A DNA stretch of 35,306 bases from positions 1 through 35,306 of the IMG/VR virus record IMGVR_UViG_3300037440_000216. One strand, given 5' to 3'. Made by a program: the position numbers and the translations under genes. Source of the stretch: a virus (lineage: Duplodnaviria; Caudoviricetes). Below, one piece after another: positions 25,517 through 32,869 of the stretch (position 1 is the first letter of the stretch; every line of letters begins with the position of its first letter). The notes below the pieces were generated by a model. It did not search any database, had not been told where the DNA came from, and saw only the letters and a list, made by a program, of their open reading frames with translations.

Positions 25517-26371
25517 TTATGGTGTGACGGTCGCTCCATCCAACTCCGCGGCGACCTGTCCGTCACCCATCGAGTCGTAGTAGACGATCATTCCGACCAA
25601 CCCGTCCTCGCAGGCGATGACCGTCACCCGATCCTCGGTCACTGAGTGGAGGTTGAAGACCACATTGTTGGCCACGGTGTTGGTGTAGTCCCGAATGTCC
25701 AGAACGTCTCCGGCACTATCGAAGAAGGCCACACGGGGTCGTTCGTCCACCGGACGACAAGCCCCCTCGTAGTCAACAGGAGATAGTACGTCGGTGCAGT
25801 CCTCCGAACCGATCTCTTGTCCTTCGTTGGCGAGCGTTCCATCTAGATACCTAACCCCTTCTTCCATGTATTGGTCGTTGACCGCTGCGTAGAGAGCATC
25901 GGGTGGTCTCACGAAGGCGAACCGGCCGTGAATGTCCCAACCCGACGAGTCGGTGATGAACCCGTACCCGCAGCGGTAACCCTCCCTGTCACCGGGAAGC
26001 CACGTGGCCCCGTCGGTGTAGGGCAGGCCGTTGTCGCCCCAGTAGGCTGCGGTCCACCAGACGATCCCGGCCTCGGCGTTGCGGGCGATGATGTCGAACC
26101 CGCCACCGTCGGCGTAGGGGATGCCGCTACCGCGAGCCGGGTAGGATTCGGTCGGAGGGATGACCAGGCCGGGCGCGGTCGTGGTGGTCGTTGCCGCGGT
26201 TGTGGTCGTGGTGGTACCCTGAGTGGTTGTCGTGGTCGACGTGGTGGTCGTGTCCCGGCACCACCGAGAATTGCCTGGGTGAGTGTCGCAGTCAGGCGCC
26301 GCGACGGCGACGGAGATGGTAAGCAGTGCGGCGGCCAGAAGGGCCACGGCGGCGACTCGGAGTGCCTTCAT
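25517..26371 (-). CDS. Secreted protein with Thr-rich linker
   Basis: Signal peptide MKALRVAAVALLAAALLTISVAVAA; short Cys loop; poly-Thr linker; acidic globular domain. Confidence 0.7.
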   Translation of the reverse strand: MKALRVAAVALLAAALLTISVAVAAPDCDTHPGNSRWCRDTTTTSTTTTTQGTTTTTTAATTTTTAPGLVIPPTESYPARGSGIPYADGGGFDIIARNAEAGIVWWTAAYWGDNGLPYTDGATWLPGDREGYRCGYGFITDSSGWDIHGRFAFVRPPDALYAAVNDQYMEEGVRYLDGTLANEGQEIGSEDCTDVLSPVDYEGACRPVDERPRVAFFDSAGDVLDIRDYTNTVANNVVFNLHSVTEDRVTVIACEDGLVGMIVYYDSMGDGQVAAELDGATVTP

Positions 26372-26419
26372 GACTAGACACTCTAGCGTCGTTGTTCTTC
26401 TCTGCTGCGGAGCGGCGGG

Positions 26420-26749
26420 TCACGTTTGCTCCTCGGTGTGTTCGGCGATCCATGCAGCCAGCGCCTGCCTTCGATACTGCTCGTCGCTCTCATGTGTTCC
26501 GAACGGATCGACCGGCATATCCTTTGTCTTCAACTCGAAGATTGCCGCAGCCATCCGTTCCAACACTTCGGGGGTTGGTTGCCGACCGTTGGCACAGTCG
26601 GGGCAGGGGGCGATAACCTTAATGTACCTGCCCCTTTGGAAGCGTGCCTGTTCACTCCCTCCGCAGGTTGGGCATTCGATGGTGTCGCTCATAATGGCCT
26701 TCTTGAACTCGGCATCAGTCATGCTTGGGTAGTCTTTCGGGTCGCTCAT
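26420..26749 (-). CDS. Hypothetical protein with DnaJ-like CxxCxG motifs
   Basis: CPTCGGS and CPDCANG; ATGA overlap. Confidence 0.65.
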   Translation of the reverse strand: MSDPKDYPSMTDAEFKKAIMSDTIECPTCGGSEQARFQRGRYIKVIAPCPDCANGRQPTPEVLERMAAAIFELKTKDMPVDPFGTHESDEQYRRQALAAWIAEHTEEQT

Positions 26750-26937
26750 CGGTTCCACCTTTCGCCACAGTCGGGACACATCCACTGCACCGTCCTATCC
26801 AAACCAGGGTCGTAGATAGCAATCCGTCTCGAAAAGTGGGTGTGGTCGCCGTAGTGGCCTGCGTCGATGGACTCCTGTGGGATCGGGTCGCCTAGCAGGT
26901 TCGCTCCACATTTGGGGCATTCGTCCGAGTCGCTCAC
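26746..26937 (-). CDS. Hypothetical Zn-ribbon protein
   Basis: CPKCGANL...FSRRIAIYD...WMCPDCG; AAGGAGG RBS. Confidence 0.75.
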   Translation of the reverse strand: MSDSDECPKCGANLLGDPIPQESIDAGHYGDHTHFSRRIAIYDPGLDRTVQWMCPDCGERWNR

Positions 26938-26971
26938 TTCGCCTCCTTGATTCTGACGCGGCACCCCGTGG

Positions 26972-27166
26972 TCACAGTTCCGCCCATCCGTCCGAGCGCT
27001 CCGACCGCCTTATCCGGTCGCACGCCGAGTTGCCGACGAATCCGGTGGTCACGAATAACGTCCCGTACACCCCGATCGACAGCAGCGTCGGGCGCGGCGT
27101 CATCATCACGTACAGCCACATGGCGCAGAGCAGGCCGGTGATGGTGGAGACCAGGACGATTCTCAT
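26972..27166 (-). CDS. Small two-TM membrane protein
   Basis: Two hydrophobic segments; abuts the upstream stop. Confidence 0.55.
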   Translation of the reverse strand: MRIVLVSTITGLLCAMWLYVMMTPRPTLLSIGVYGTLFVTTGFVGNSACDRIRRSERSDGWAEL

Positions 27167-27352
27167 TCAACACCCACAGTCGCACTTCCAACTTGCCCAT
27201 ACATGCCAGACCGTGCGATCAACATTGGCCGACTGTTCGGCGGCTTCCCTCGATTCGGCGCGCACTCGACGCTCACGCACACCGTGGTTCGATCCGTCAA
27301 GCGGTTCGATGTGGACGGTCCATAACGGTAGCTTTGTGCTCGTGTCGCTCAT
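27167..27352 (-). CDS. Hypothetical protein
   Basis: ATGA overlap; VRAESREAAE; C-terminal CDCGC. Confidence 0.6.
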   Translation of the reverse strand: MSDTSTKLPLWTVHIEPLDGSNHGVRERRVRAESREAAEQSANVDRTVWHVWASWKCDCGC

Positions 27353-27696
27353 TCGCCGGCGTTCCTCAGCCGGTAGGCGATGGTGTCCGCCAGGGTCTCT
27401 ACCTGACGGACGAGGTCTGCGTGGTCTGTCCGATCCACCACTGCGAACCAGTCCACCGCCGCCCGCAGTTCCTCGACCGCCGCTGCGATGTGTCCGTCGG
27501 CGGTGGCAAGAATCTGGATTCTCGCCTGGTCAGCGGGCGGCCTCCACACCTTCTCCGTCCCGTCGGCGGGCGGCAGATCGAGGTCGGAGCGCAGCGGACC
27601 CTCCACTGCGCTTGCCACATCGGACGGAATCACCTTGACGTTGCCGAAATCCTGCTCCAACGCAGGCCACACGGGTTGATCGGGGGGCCAGATCAT
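27349..27696 (-). CDS. Hypothetical protein
   Basis: ATGA overlaps at both ends. Confidence 0.6.
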   Translation of the reverse strand: MIWPPDQPVWPALEQDFGNVKVIPSDVASAVEGPLRSDLDLPPADGTEKVWRPPADQARIQILATADGHIAAAVEELRAAVDWFAVVDRTDHADLVRQVETLADTIAYRLRNAGE

Positions 27697-28352
27697 GACA
27701 GTCGGTCCCTGAATATCCACGCCAGGACTCCACCAAGACCGAGCATCGCTACCGCCGCGACCGCCGCGGGGATCAACCAGTCAGCCAGGCCGGTGAACGG
27801 CAGGGCGACAAGCGTGGGCGAGATCGTCGCCTGGACCGTGGTGACGGTTGCCTCGACCGTGCAGTCGAACACGCTGGGATCGACCGCTACGCCGGGATAG
27901 CCCTCGTCGCCAGGGTTCAACTCCACTATCTCCCCGTCGATGCAGTCGTAGGTCGTCTCCCCCTGCTCGGTGGTGGTTGACTCCTGCTCTGTGGTCGTGG
28001 TCGTCTCGTCGTCGTCTGGCTGTGTGGTCGTGGTGGTGTCGTTCTCGATGACCGAGTAATGGCTCACGTCTTGCAGGTTGTCGTTGGCGTTGCGGCTGTC
28101 GAGCAGTTCCATCAACGTCGACTCACCATCGGCGGTAACAAGCGCCGTCTTCTGGGCGCCCTTAATACAGACGTGGGTGCCAGCGTCCAGCACTAAGTCG
28201 TTTATCGCCTCCTGGTTCTCGGCGTTGGCCTCGACCTTGCCGGCCTCAGGACAATTGCCCTGCTCGGTCAGGTCTCCGTGATCCGCCAACACTGGCAACG
28301 CCAGCGCCAACGCTACGACTACCGCAATGAAAGCGGCTCCTAGTTTTCTCAT
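27693..28352 (-). CDS. LPXTG-type cell-wall-anchored surface protein
   Basis: Signal peptide MRKLGAAFIAVVVALALALPVLA; Thr/Glu-rich stalk; LPFTG, TM helix and RDR tail; purine-rich RBS before ATG 28352. Confidence 0.8.
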   Translation of the reverse strand: MRKLGAAFIAVVVALALALPVLADHGDLTEQGNCPEAGKVEANAENQEAINDLVLDAGTHVCIKGAQKTALVTADGESTLMELLDSRNANDNLQDVSHYSVIENDTTTTTQPDDDETTTTTEQESTTTEQGETTYDCIDGEIVELNPGDEGYPGVAVDPSVFDCTVEATVTTVQATISPTLVALPFTGLADWLIPAAVAAVAMLGLGGVLAWIFRDRLS

Positions 28353-28506
28353 TGTTCCTATCTCTCCCCGGTTCCCCGGATTGGTTTTCTTGTCTGTTGG
28401 CCGGTGCTCCGGGGATGGGGGCAGGCGGGACGCCGTTTCCCCGGAGCCGTCCGACCGCTCTCCGCAGGAGGGGTCAATGGGAGTAAACCCGTAACGGAGA
28501 GATTTG

Positions 28507-28653
28507 CTAAACATGGTGGTGGCCCGCTCCTGACCCGTTCTGTTCGCGGTAGACGACATGACCGCCGGGGCACTTCTCGGCAGGGACACACCGCTGCTTA
28601 CGGCAGTCCGAAACCTCCGAGTATGCGCAGCCGCTATGACTCGCCGCTGGCAT
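28507..28653 (-). CDS. 48-aa Cys/His-rich peptide
   Basis: MPAASHSGCAYSEVSDCRKQRCVPAEKCPGGHVVYREQNGSGAGHHHV; GAGGAGG RBS inside the recT 3' end. Confidence 0.4.
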   Translation of the reverse strand: MPAASHSGCAYSEVSDCRKQRCVPAEKCPGGHVVYREQNGSGAGHHHV

Positions 28654-29407
28654 CGTCGCCCTCCTCGTCGTCGCCACGCTCCAGAGCTACCAGACCGGCA
28701 AGGTCAGGAACCAGTGCGTAAGGGGTGGCACCGTCCACGGCGAGGGCGTGGCGGAACTCGACCGACATCGGCAACTGGCGGCACAACTTGGCGGTAACCG
28801 TCTTGCGTGCCATCTCCGGTTCATTCTCTTTCCACGCCGAGCCCGGCTGATCCCACTTCGAGACATAGCGGTCGCGGTGGGCGAGTATCTGGTCCCGGCT
28901 CATCGACTCGAACCGCTCCGTGCCGCCCATGATCCGGGCCACGCAGTAGACGTCGGTCCACTCGGTCGTTGCCTCACGTCCGGGGGTGTGCCGCCAGTTG
29001 GTGCCGCCCATCCCGTGCGTGAAATCGTAGGTGTCGCCCTCGTAAACGATCCGCGCCTCGATGTCGGACACCACTCCGGAGCGGTAGGCGAGTTGGCGCA
29101 GACCCTGATAACCCACCTGAAAACTGGCCTCCATCCGGCCACGGTTGCGGCGGGGTATCACCCACGACAGGCCGAGCGGGGCGCCTGGCTCGAGTCCCAT
29201 CTGTGCCGACATCAGTACCGATGCGATAACGGTCATAGGGACGCACTCCAACAATTTCGGGGTGGTGCGAACCTGGTTGATAACGATCGACTGGAACCGC
29301 CCCGGTGTCATCCCCTCAGGGAGTGCCTGTGTCAGATCGACCTGATACTGGTCGAGCAGTTTGACGATCGGCGGGTCTTCCCTGCGCTGTAATTCTGCTG
29401 TGGTCAT
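28634..29407 (-). CDS. recT: RecT-family single-strand annealing protein
   Basis: ALP..MTP.RF, TPKLLEC, AQMGLEP...LG.SWVIP, FQVGYQG..QLAYRSG, VYEGD, EMARKT...L...LPMSVE. Confidence 0.9.
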   Translation of the reverse strand: MTTAELQRREDPPIVKLLDQYQVDLTQALPEGMTPGRFQSIVINQVRTTPKLLECVPMTVIASVLMSAQMGLEPGAPLGLSWVIPRRNRGRMEASFQVGYQGLRQLAYRSGVVSDIEARIVYEGDTYDFTHGMGGTNWRHTPGREATTEWTDVYCVARIMGGTERFESMSRDQILAHRDRYVSKWDQPGSAWKENEPEMARKTVTAKLCRQLPMSVEFRHALAVDGATPYALVPDLAGLVALERGDDEEGDDASGES

Positions 29408-30213
29408 TCTGTCTCCCTAACCCGGAACACTCTTGATCCGGCCTTGTTGGTTTTCCATGTCGCAACGACCGTCTGGTCAACGACCGCAGTGTCTGCGTCC
29501 TGCATGATCTCTTTGACCTTGGCCTCCGCCAGGCTCCGGGTCTCGCCGGTCGCCTTGTGCGCGGCCCTGGCCTCGGTGAGTTGGTCGGCCAAGTCCTCTG
29601 GAATTTCGACGGCCTTCTCTGTGTGCTGCGGCCAGAGTGTTGCCAACATCGCATTGTCCTCAGCTTCGACCGGCGGCGGAGTCTCTGACTCGACCAGTGC
29701 CCAGAACTCTTTAGTGGCGTTGATAATGTCCAGGGCGAGCGCGTCGTCGTGGTCGATCTGGTAGGTCTCCAAGTGCCGGCCACCATGAAGCACGGCCAGG
29801 TATCCCTTATCGGCCTCCTGGCAGACGAGCATCTGGTGCTGGACCTGAATCCGATAGTGCAGTGGAATCTCGTCCCACCGCCAATCACTCGAATTCTTGG
29901 CGTCGACAGGGTAACCGTCCGTGGTCACCGCGTCGGGGGTGGCGATCAACCACGGGAACACATCGGACCGGAGCAGGGTGTCGCGTACCTTGTAGGTCAC
30001 GTCGTTCTGGTCAGCCCAACGGTCGAGTATTACCGCTTCGAGTGTGCTGCCCCACCACATCGCCTCGTCGTCGGTGTCCTCGGCCAGATCAACCAGCTTC
30101 GACAGCCAGACCTGATATGGGGTGGACCACGGAGACACACCCATGATCGCGGCTGTGTCTGAGGCGCCGATCCCGGTTCGCCGTTCAGCTAGCCATGCAA
30201 CTCGGTCGCTCAT
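29404..30213 (-). CDS. YqaJ-like viral recombination exonuclease
   Basis: WLAERRTGIGASD.AAIMGVSPW.TPYQVW..K, WG..LE, ATPD, DAKN, P..Y..QVQHQM. Confidence 0.9.
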   Translation of the reverse strand: MSDRVAWLAERRTGIGASDTAAIMGVSPWSTPYQVWLSKLVDLAEDTDDEAMWWGSTLEAVILDRWADQNDVTYKVRDTLLRSDVFPWLIATPDAVTTDGYPVDAKNSSDWRWDEIPLHYRIQVQHQMLVCQEADKGYLAVLHGGRHLETYQIDHDDALALDIINATKEFWALVESETPPPVEAEDNAMLATLWPQHTEKAVEIPEDLADQLTEARAAHKATGETRSLAEAKVKEIMQDADTAVVDQTVVATWKTNKAGSRVFRVRETE

Positions 30214-30305
30214 TTGTGTTCGCTCCAGTCATGGTCTCGGCACACTTCACAGACCCCCGTTGTTTCGCAGGTACATCTATCGCACAGGTCGCAGTGGTGG
30301 GTCAT
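30210..30305 (-). CDS. 31-aa Cys/His-rich micro-protein
   Basis: MTHHCDLCDRCTCETTGVCEVCRDHDWSEHK; ATGA overlaps at both ends and exactly fills the gap. Confidence 0.6.
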   Translation of the reverse strand: MTHHCDLCDRCTCETTGVCEVCRDHDWSEHK

Positions 30306-30550
30306 AGCAACGCCGGGTTTTCGGCCAGGATTATGAACCCGTCGACGGCGAAGGCTCTTGCGTTGTGCTCTACTTCCGCCAACCACAGGTCGGTGTCGTC
30401 GTCCTCGAAGTCGGACCCCGCCACCCTGCGGGCCAACTCGCGGGCGTCGTCTGCTATCTGGGCCGCTCGTTCAAGTGTGGCGCGTTCCTGTTTGTTCAGC
30501 TGGATTCCGACCGTCTCGTAGTAAAGGCCCGTCTTGGCGCGAACCTTCAT
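30302..30550 (-). CDS. Hypothetical protein
   Basis: ATGA overlaps at both ends. Confidence 0.65.
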   Translation of the reverse strand: MKVRAKTGLYYETVGIQLNKQERATLERAAQIADDARELARRVAGSDFEDDDTDLWLAEVEHNARAFAVDGFIILAENPALL

Positions 30551-30903
30551 CGCACGGCCTCGGCGTACCGGACATGAGTCATGCCGGACTTCCGTAGGGC
30601 CGCTATCGGCTCGGGGTGGTCAACGTTCTCTGGTTGGCTCCAACCGCAGGAGCATTCGACATGGTTCTCCCCGTTGGTGACCATCAGCGTCGTGTAATGC
30701 TCTGGTCTCTGGTACATCTCCCACGACCCGGCCACAACGGCAGTCCAACCGTAGTCCTCGCCGAGGTCCACTATGGCGTTACCGGCCTTGGTGATCTGGC
30801 GGGCTTCGATGACCTCGCCTTCGTTGAAGCGGACGAAGCGGTCGCGGCCGTTGCTGTCGGGCTCGGTGGCTACTTCGGTGGTTCTGGTGATTCTGATCTG
30901 CAT
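30547..30903 (-). CDS. Hypothetical protein
   Basis: GGAAGGGA before ATG 30903; ECSCGW...H motif. Confidence 0.65.
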   Translation of the reverse strand: MQIRITRTTEVATEPDSNGRDRFVRFNEGEVIEARQITKAGNAIVDLGEDYGWTAVVAGSWEMYQRPEHYTTLMVTNGENHVECSCGWSQPENVDHPEPIAALRKSGMTHVRYAEAVR

Positions 30904-30932
30904 GGCGTCCCTTCCATTAGGTGTATATGCAC

Positions 30933-30961
30933 ACATTACACCAGATACGCGGTCAGCGCAA
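30933..30961 (-). promoter_or_regulatory. SigA-type promoter for the recombination operon
   Basis: TTGCGC (30961-30956), 17 nt spacer, TAATGT (30938-30933); AT-rich. Confidence 0.65.
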
Positions 30962-31426
30962 GTAGAAATCCATCAGATTCTTTGAGATAGCCGCGGCGGT
31001 GTCGAAGTTGATGTTATCCGACCAGAACTCCCCGTCCTTGCGTGCAGCCAGCGCCGAGACCACGGCATAAGTGATGGCATCGCTCGGCGACAGGCCGGGT
31101 ATCGGGATGCCCGCGGTGACCGTGCCGTCGTCCTCTACGCCCCAGTCGGCCCGGCTCCAACCGTGGAAGACACCGTCGACGGTTTCGGATAGGGTGCAGA
31201 TGTCCACCACCCGGTCCTCGAAGTCGGTTACAAACAGGGTGGCCTCAGTGATGGTCGGCACCACGATCCACGGCGTCAGGACGGCGAACGCGCCGAGCTC
31301 GACGGGTTTGTGGACACCTAGCGCACCATAGAGCCCGGCCTCGACGGAGTGAACCCCCATGACGGTCGGCTCGTTGCCGACAGGTTCGGCGAGCAGACGC
31401 TGCGCCCAGTGGTCGAGGTGCCTCAT
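30953..31426 (-). CDS. Hypothetical protein
   Basis: GGAGGG RBS before ATG 31426; 157 aa. Confidence 0.65.
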   Translation of the reverse strand: MRHLDHWAQRLLAEPVGNEPTVMGVHSVEAGLYGALGVHKPVELGAFAVLTPWIVVPTITEATLFVTDFEDRVVDICTLSETVDGVFHGWSRADWGVEDDGTVTAGIPIPGLSPSDAITYAVVSALAARKDGEFWSDNINFDTAAAISKNLMDFYLR

Positions 31427-31469
31427 GCCGTCACCCTCCGGTATTCGGCGGAGCCGCAGGAGGAACAGG

Positions 31470-31646
31470 TCATTCGTCTGCCTCCGTGACCGCAACCCCA
31501 TTAGCCTCTAGCAAGTCGAACAGCTCCGCCTCCGATTCGACCCGACCAATAGCAGCCATCAGGGAGGCCTTCGAGTAGACGCTCAGGAACGTGTCACCGA
31601 TGACCGAGAGCCGTGCCTTTGCTTGCTCCATTTCTAAGTCGCTCAT
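31470..31646 (-). CDS. Hypothetical protein (58 aa)
   Basis: GAGGTG RBS; ATGA overlap with the methyltransferase stop. Confidence 0.6.
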   Translation of the reverse strand: MSDLEMEQAKARLSVIGDTFLSVYSKASLMAAIGRVESEAELFDLLEANGVAVTEADE

Positions 31647-32869
31647 GCCGTCACCTCGAGGAACATCGGCCCTACCCGGTCCGTTGCCAGTTCGGCGTTG
31701 CGTTCGTCTAAGTCGATTCCGATGGCGTCGTGGCCGTGGCCCTGTGCCACTGCCAGAGTTGTTCCTGACCCGGCAAATGGATCGAGAACGAGTCCTGGGC
31801 GGTAGTTGTCGTGGCCGCAGTCGGTGAAGCCGAGGGTCTTGTCTATGCGTGATGCCCGTCCGTACTTGAACGACTCGTCTACGCCGAGAACCGTGCTGCC
31901 TTTGGCTGCTAATCCCCGAGGCATCGAGTGTTGCCGGTCGATGGTGTCGGGGGAGTGGGCCTCGTACTCTGTTTCCACAATCCGCCGGCTCGGTTCCCCA
32001 CAGGTCCGGCACACCTTCTCCGGGCACATCGCCTTAACCAACGGGACCACGAGAGCCGGTGGATAAACTGCGTAATGGGCCCCAGTAAATCCGGTGGGGG
32101 GTATCTCCCAGTAGTCGAGGAGGGGAGCGCCGGAAGCATTCTGGGGTGAGTTTGAGATGCCACGGATGCCCGATTGCCAGTTCTTGTCGCCCGTCAGTCC
32201 GGGCTCGTCGCCGCGTGCGTTCGGCTTCCTCGTCGCCAGGTCATCCCAATACCTTTTACCGGAGACACAGGCCACCACCACATCCGAGGTTGCCGGACGC
32301 CACTTGTCCCCCAACGCCCCCACCGGAGGGTTAGGCCGGCACCAGGTGACCACGTTGCGCACCCGCCACTTCCCGGCAGGGGACTCCGCCCCGGTGAGCG
32401 GGTTGAACCCGTAGGCGAGAGCGATGCGGAACAGTTCGGGGATCAGGGTTTTCGATTTGGCGAGGGGCCACGATTCCTTGTCCTGGTTCTTCTGACGCCA
32501 ATGGGCAGCGTTGGACTCACGCATCGAAGCCTGGGAACCGGCGAACTGCTGTTGGCCTTCACGCCATCCGTTCCCCAGGTAGTCGCCTCCGCCTCCGCCA
32601 CTCCCGGCGTAGGTGTCCCCCAATTCGATGGCGATACTCCCATGCGGGGCCGACACCCGCCGCAACTCGGCGGTGACCGCTAGCAGCGTGTCGAGGAACG
32701 CCGCCGGGGTGGCTTCGCTCCCGATCTCCTTGTCCTTGTCCTTGTGATCGCTAGGCAAATAACTGCGAAGCGCCAGAAACGGCGGGGAGGTTATGACAAG
32801 GTCCACAGAGCCGTCCTCGATCTCTGCGAGGCGGTCGAACACGTCACCGATGAGGAAGTCGACGCTCAC
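31643..32869 (-). CDS. DNA amino-methyltransferase (N4-C/N6-A, beta class), orphan
   Basis: VDLVITSPPF (motif IV) precedes HYAVYP and VLDPFAGSGTT (motif I), then IGIDL; GTGA overlap with the terminase. Confidence 0.9.
   Translation of the reverse strand: MSVDFLIGDVFDRLAEIEDGSVDLVITSPPFLALRSYLPSDHKDKDKEIGSEATPAAFLDTLLAVTAELRRVSAPHGSIAIELGDTYAGSGGGGGDYLGNGWREGQQQFAGSQASMRESNAAHWRQKNQDKESWPLAKSKTLIPELFRIALAYGFNPLTGAESPAGKWRVRNVVTWCRPNPPVGALGDKWRPATSDVVVACVSGKRYWDDLATRKPNARGDEPGLTGDKNWQSGIRGISNSPQNASGAPLLDYWEIPPTGFTGAHYAVYPPALVVPLVKAMCPEKVCRTCGEPSRRIVETEYEAHSPDTIDRQHSMPRGLAAKGSTVLGVDESFKYGRASRIDKTLGFTDCGHDNYRPGLVLDPFAGSGTTLAVAQGHGHDAIGIDLDERNAELATDRVGPMFLEVTA

Noticed and set aside
26170-26255. 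GTG/GTC trinucleotide-like repeats (also about 27970-28040)
   Set aside because: Explained by poly-Thr codons of the exported proteins on the - strand.
28353-28633. Possible tRNA or known riboswitch, and the 79-aa N-terminal extension of ORF 27693-28589
   Set aside because: No cloverleaf, T-loop or riboswitch consensus recognised; the signal peptide and RBS place the start at 28352.
31643-32869. Restriction-modification system
   Set aside because: No adjacent restriction endonuclease is recognisable; treated as an orphan phage methyltransferase.
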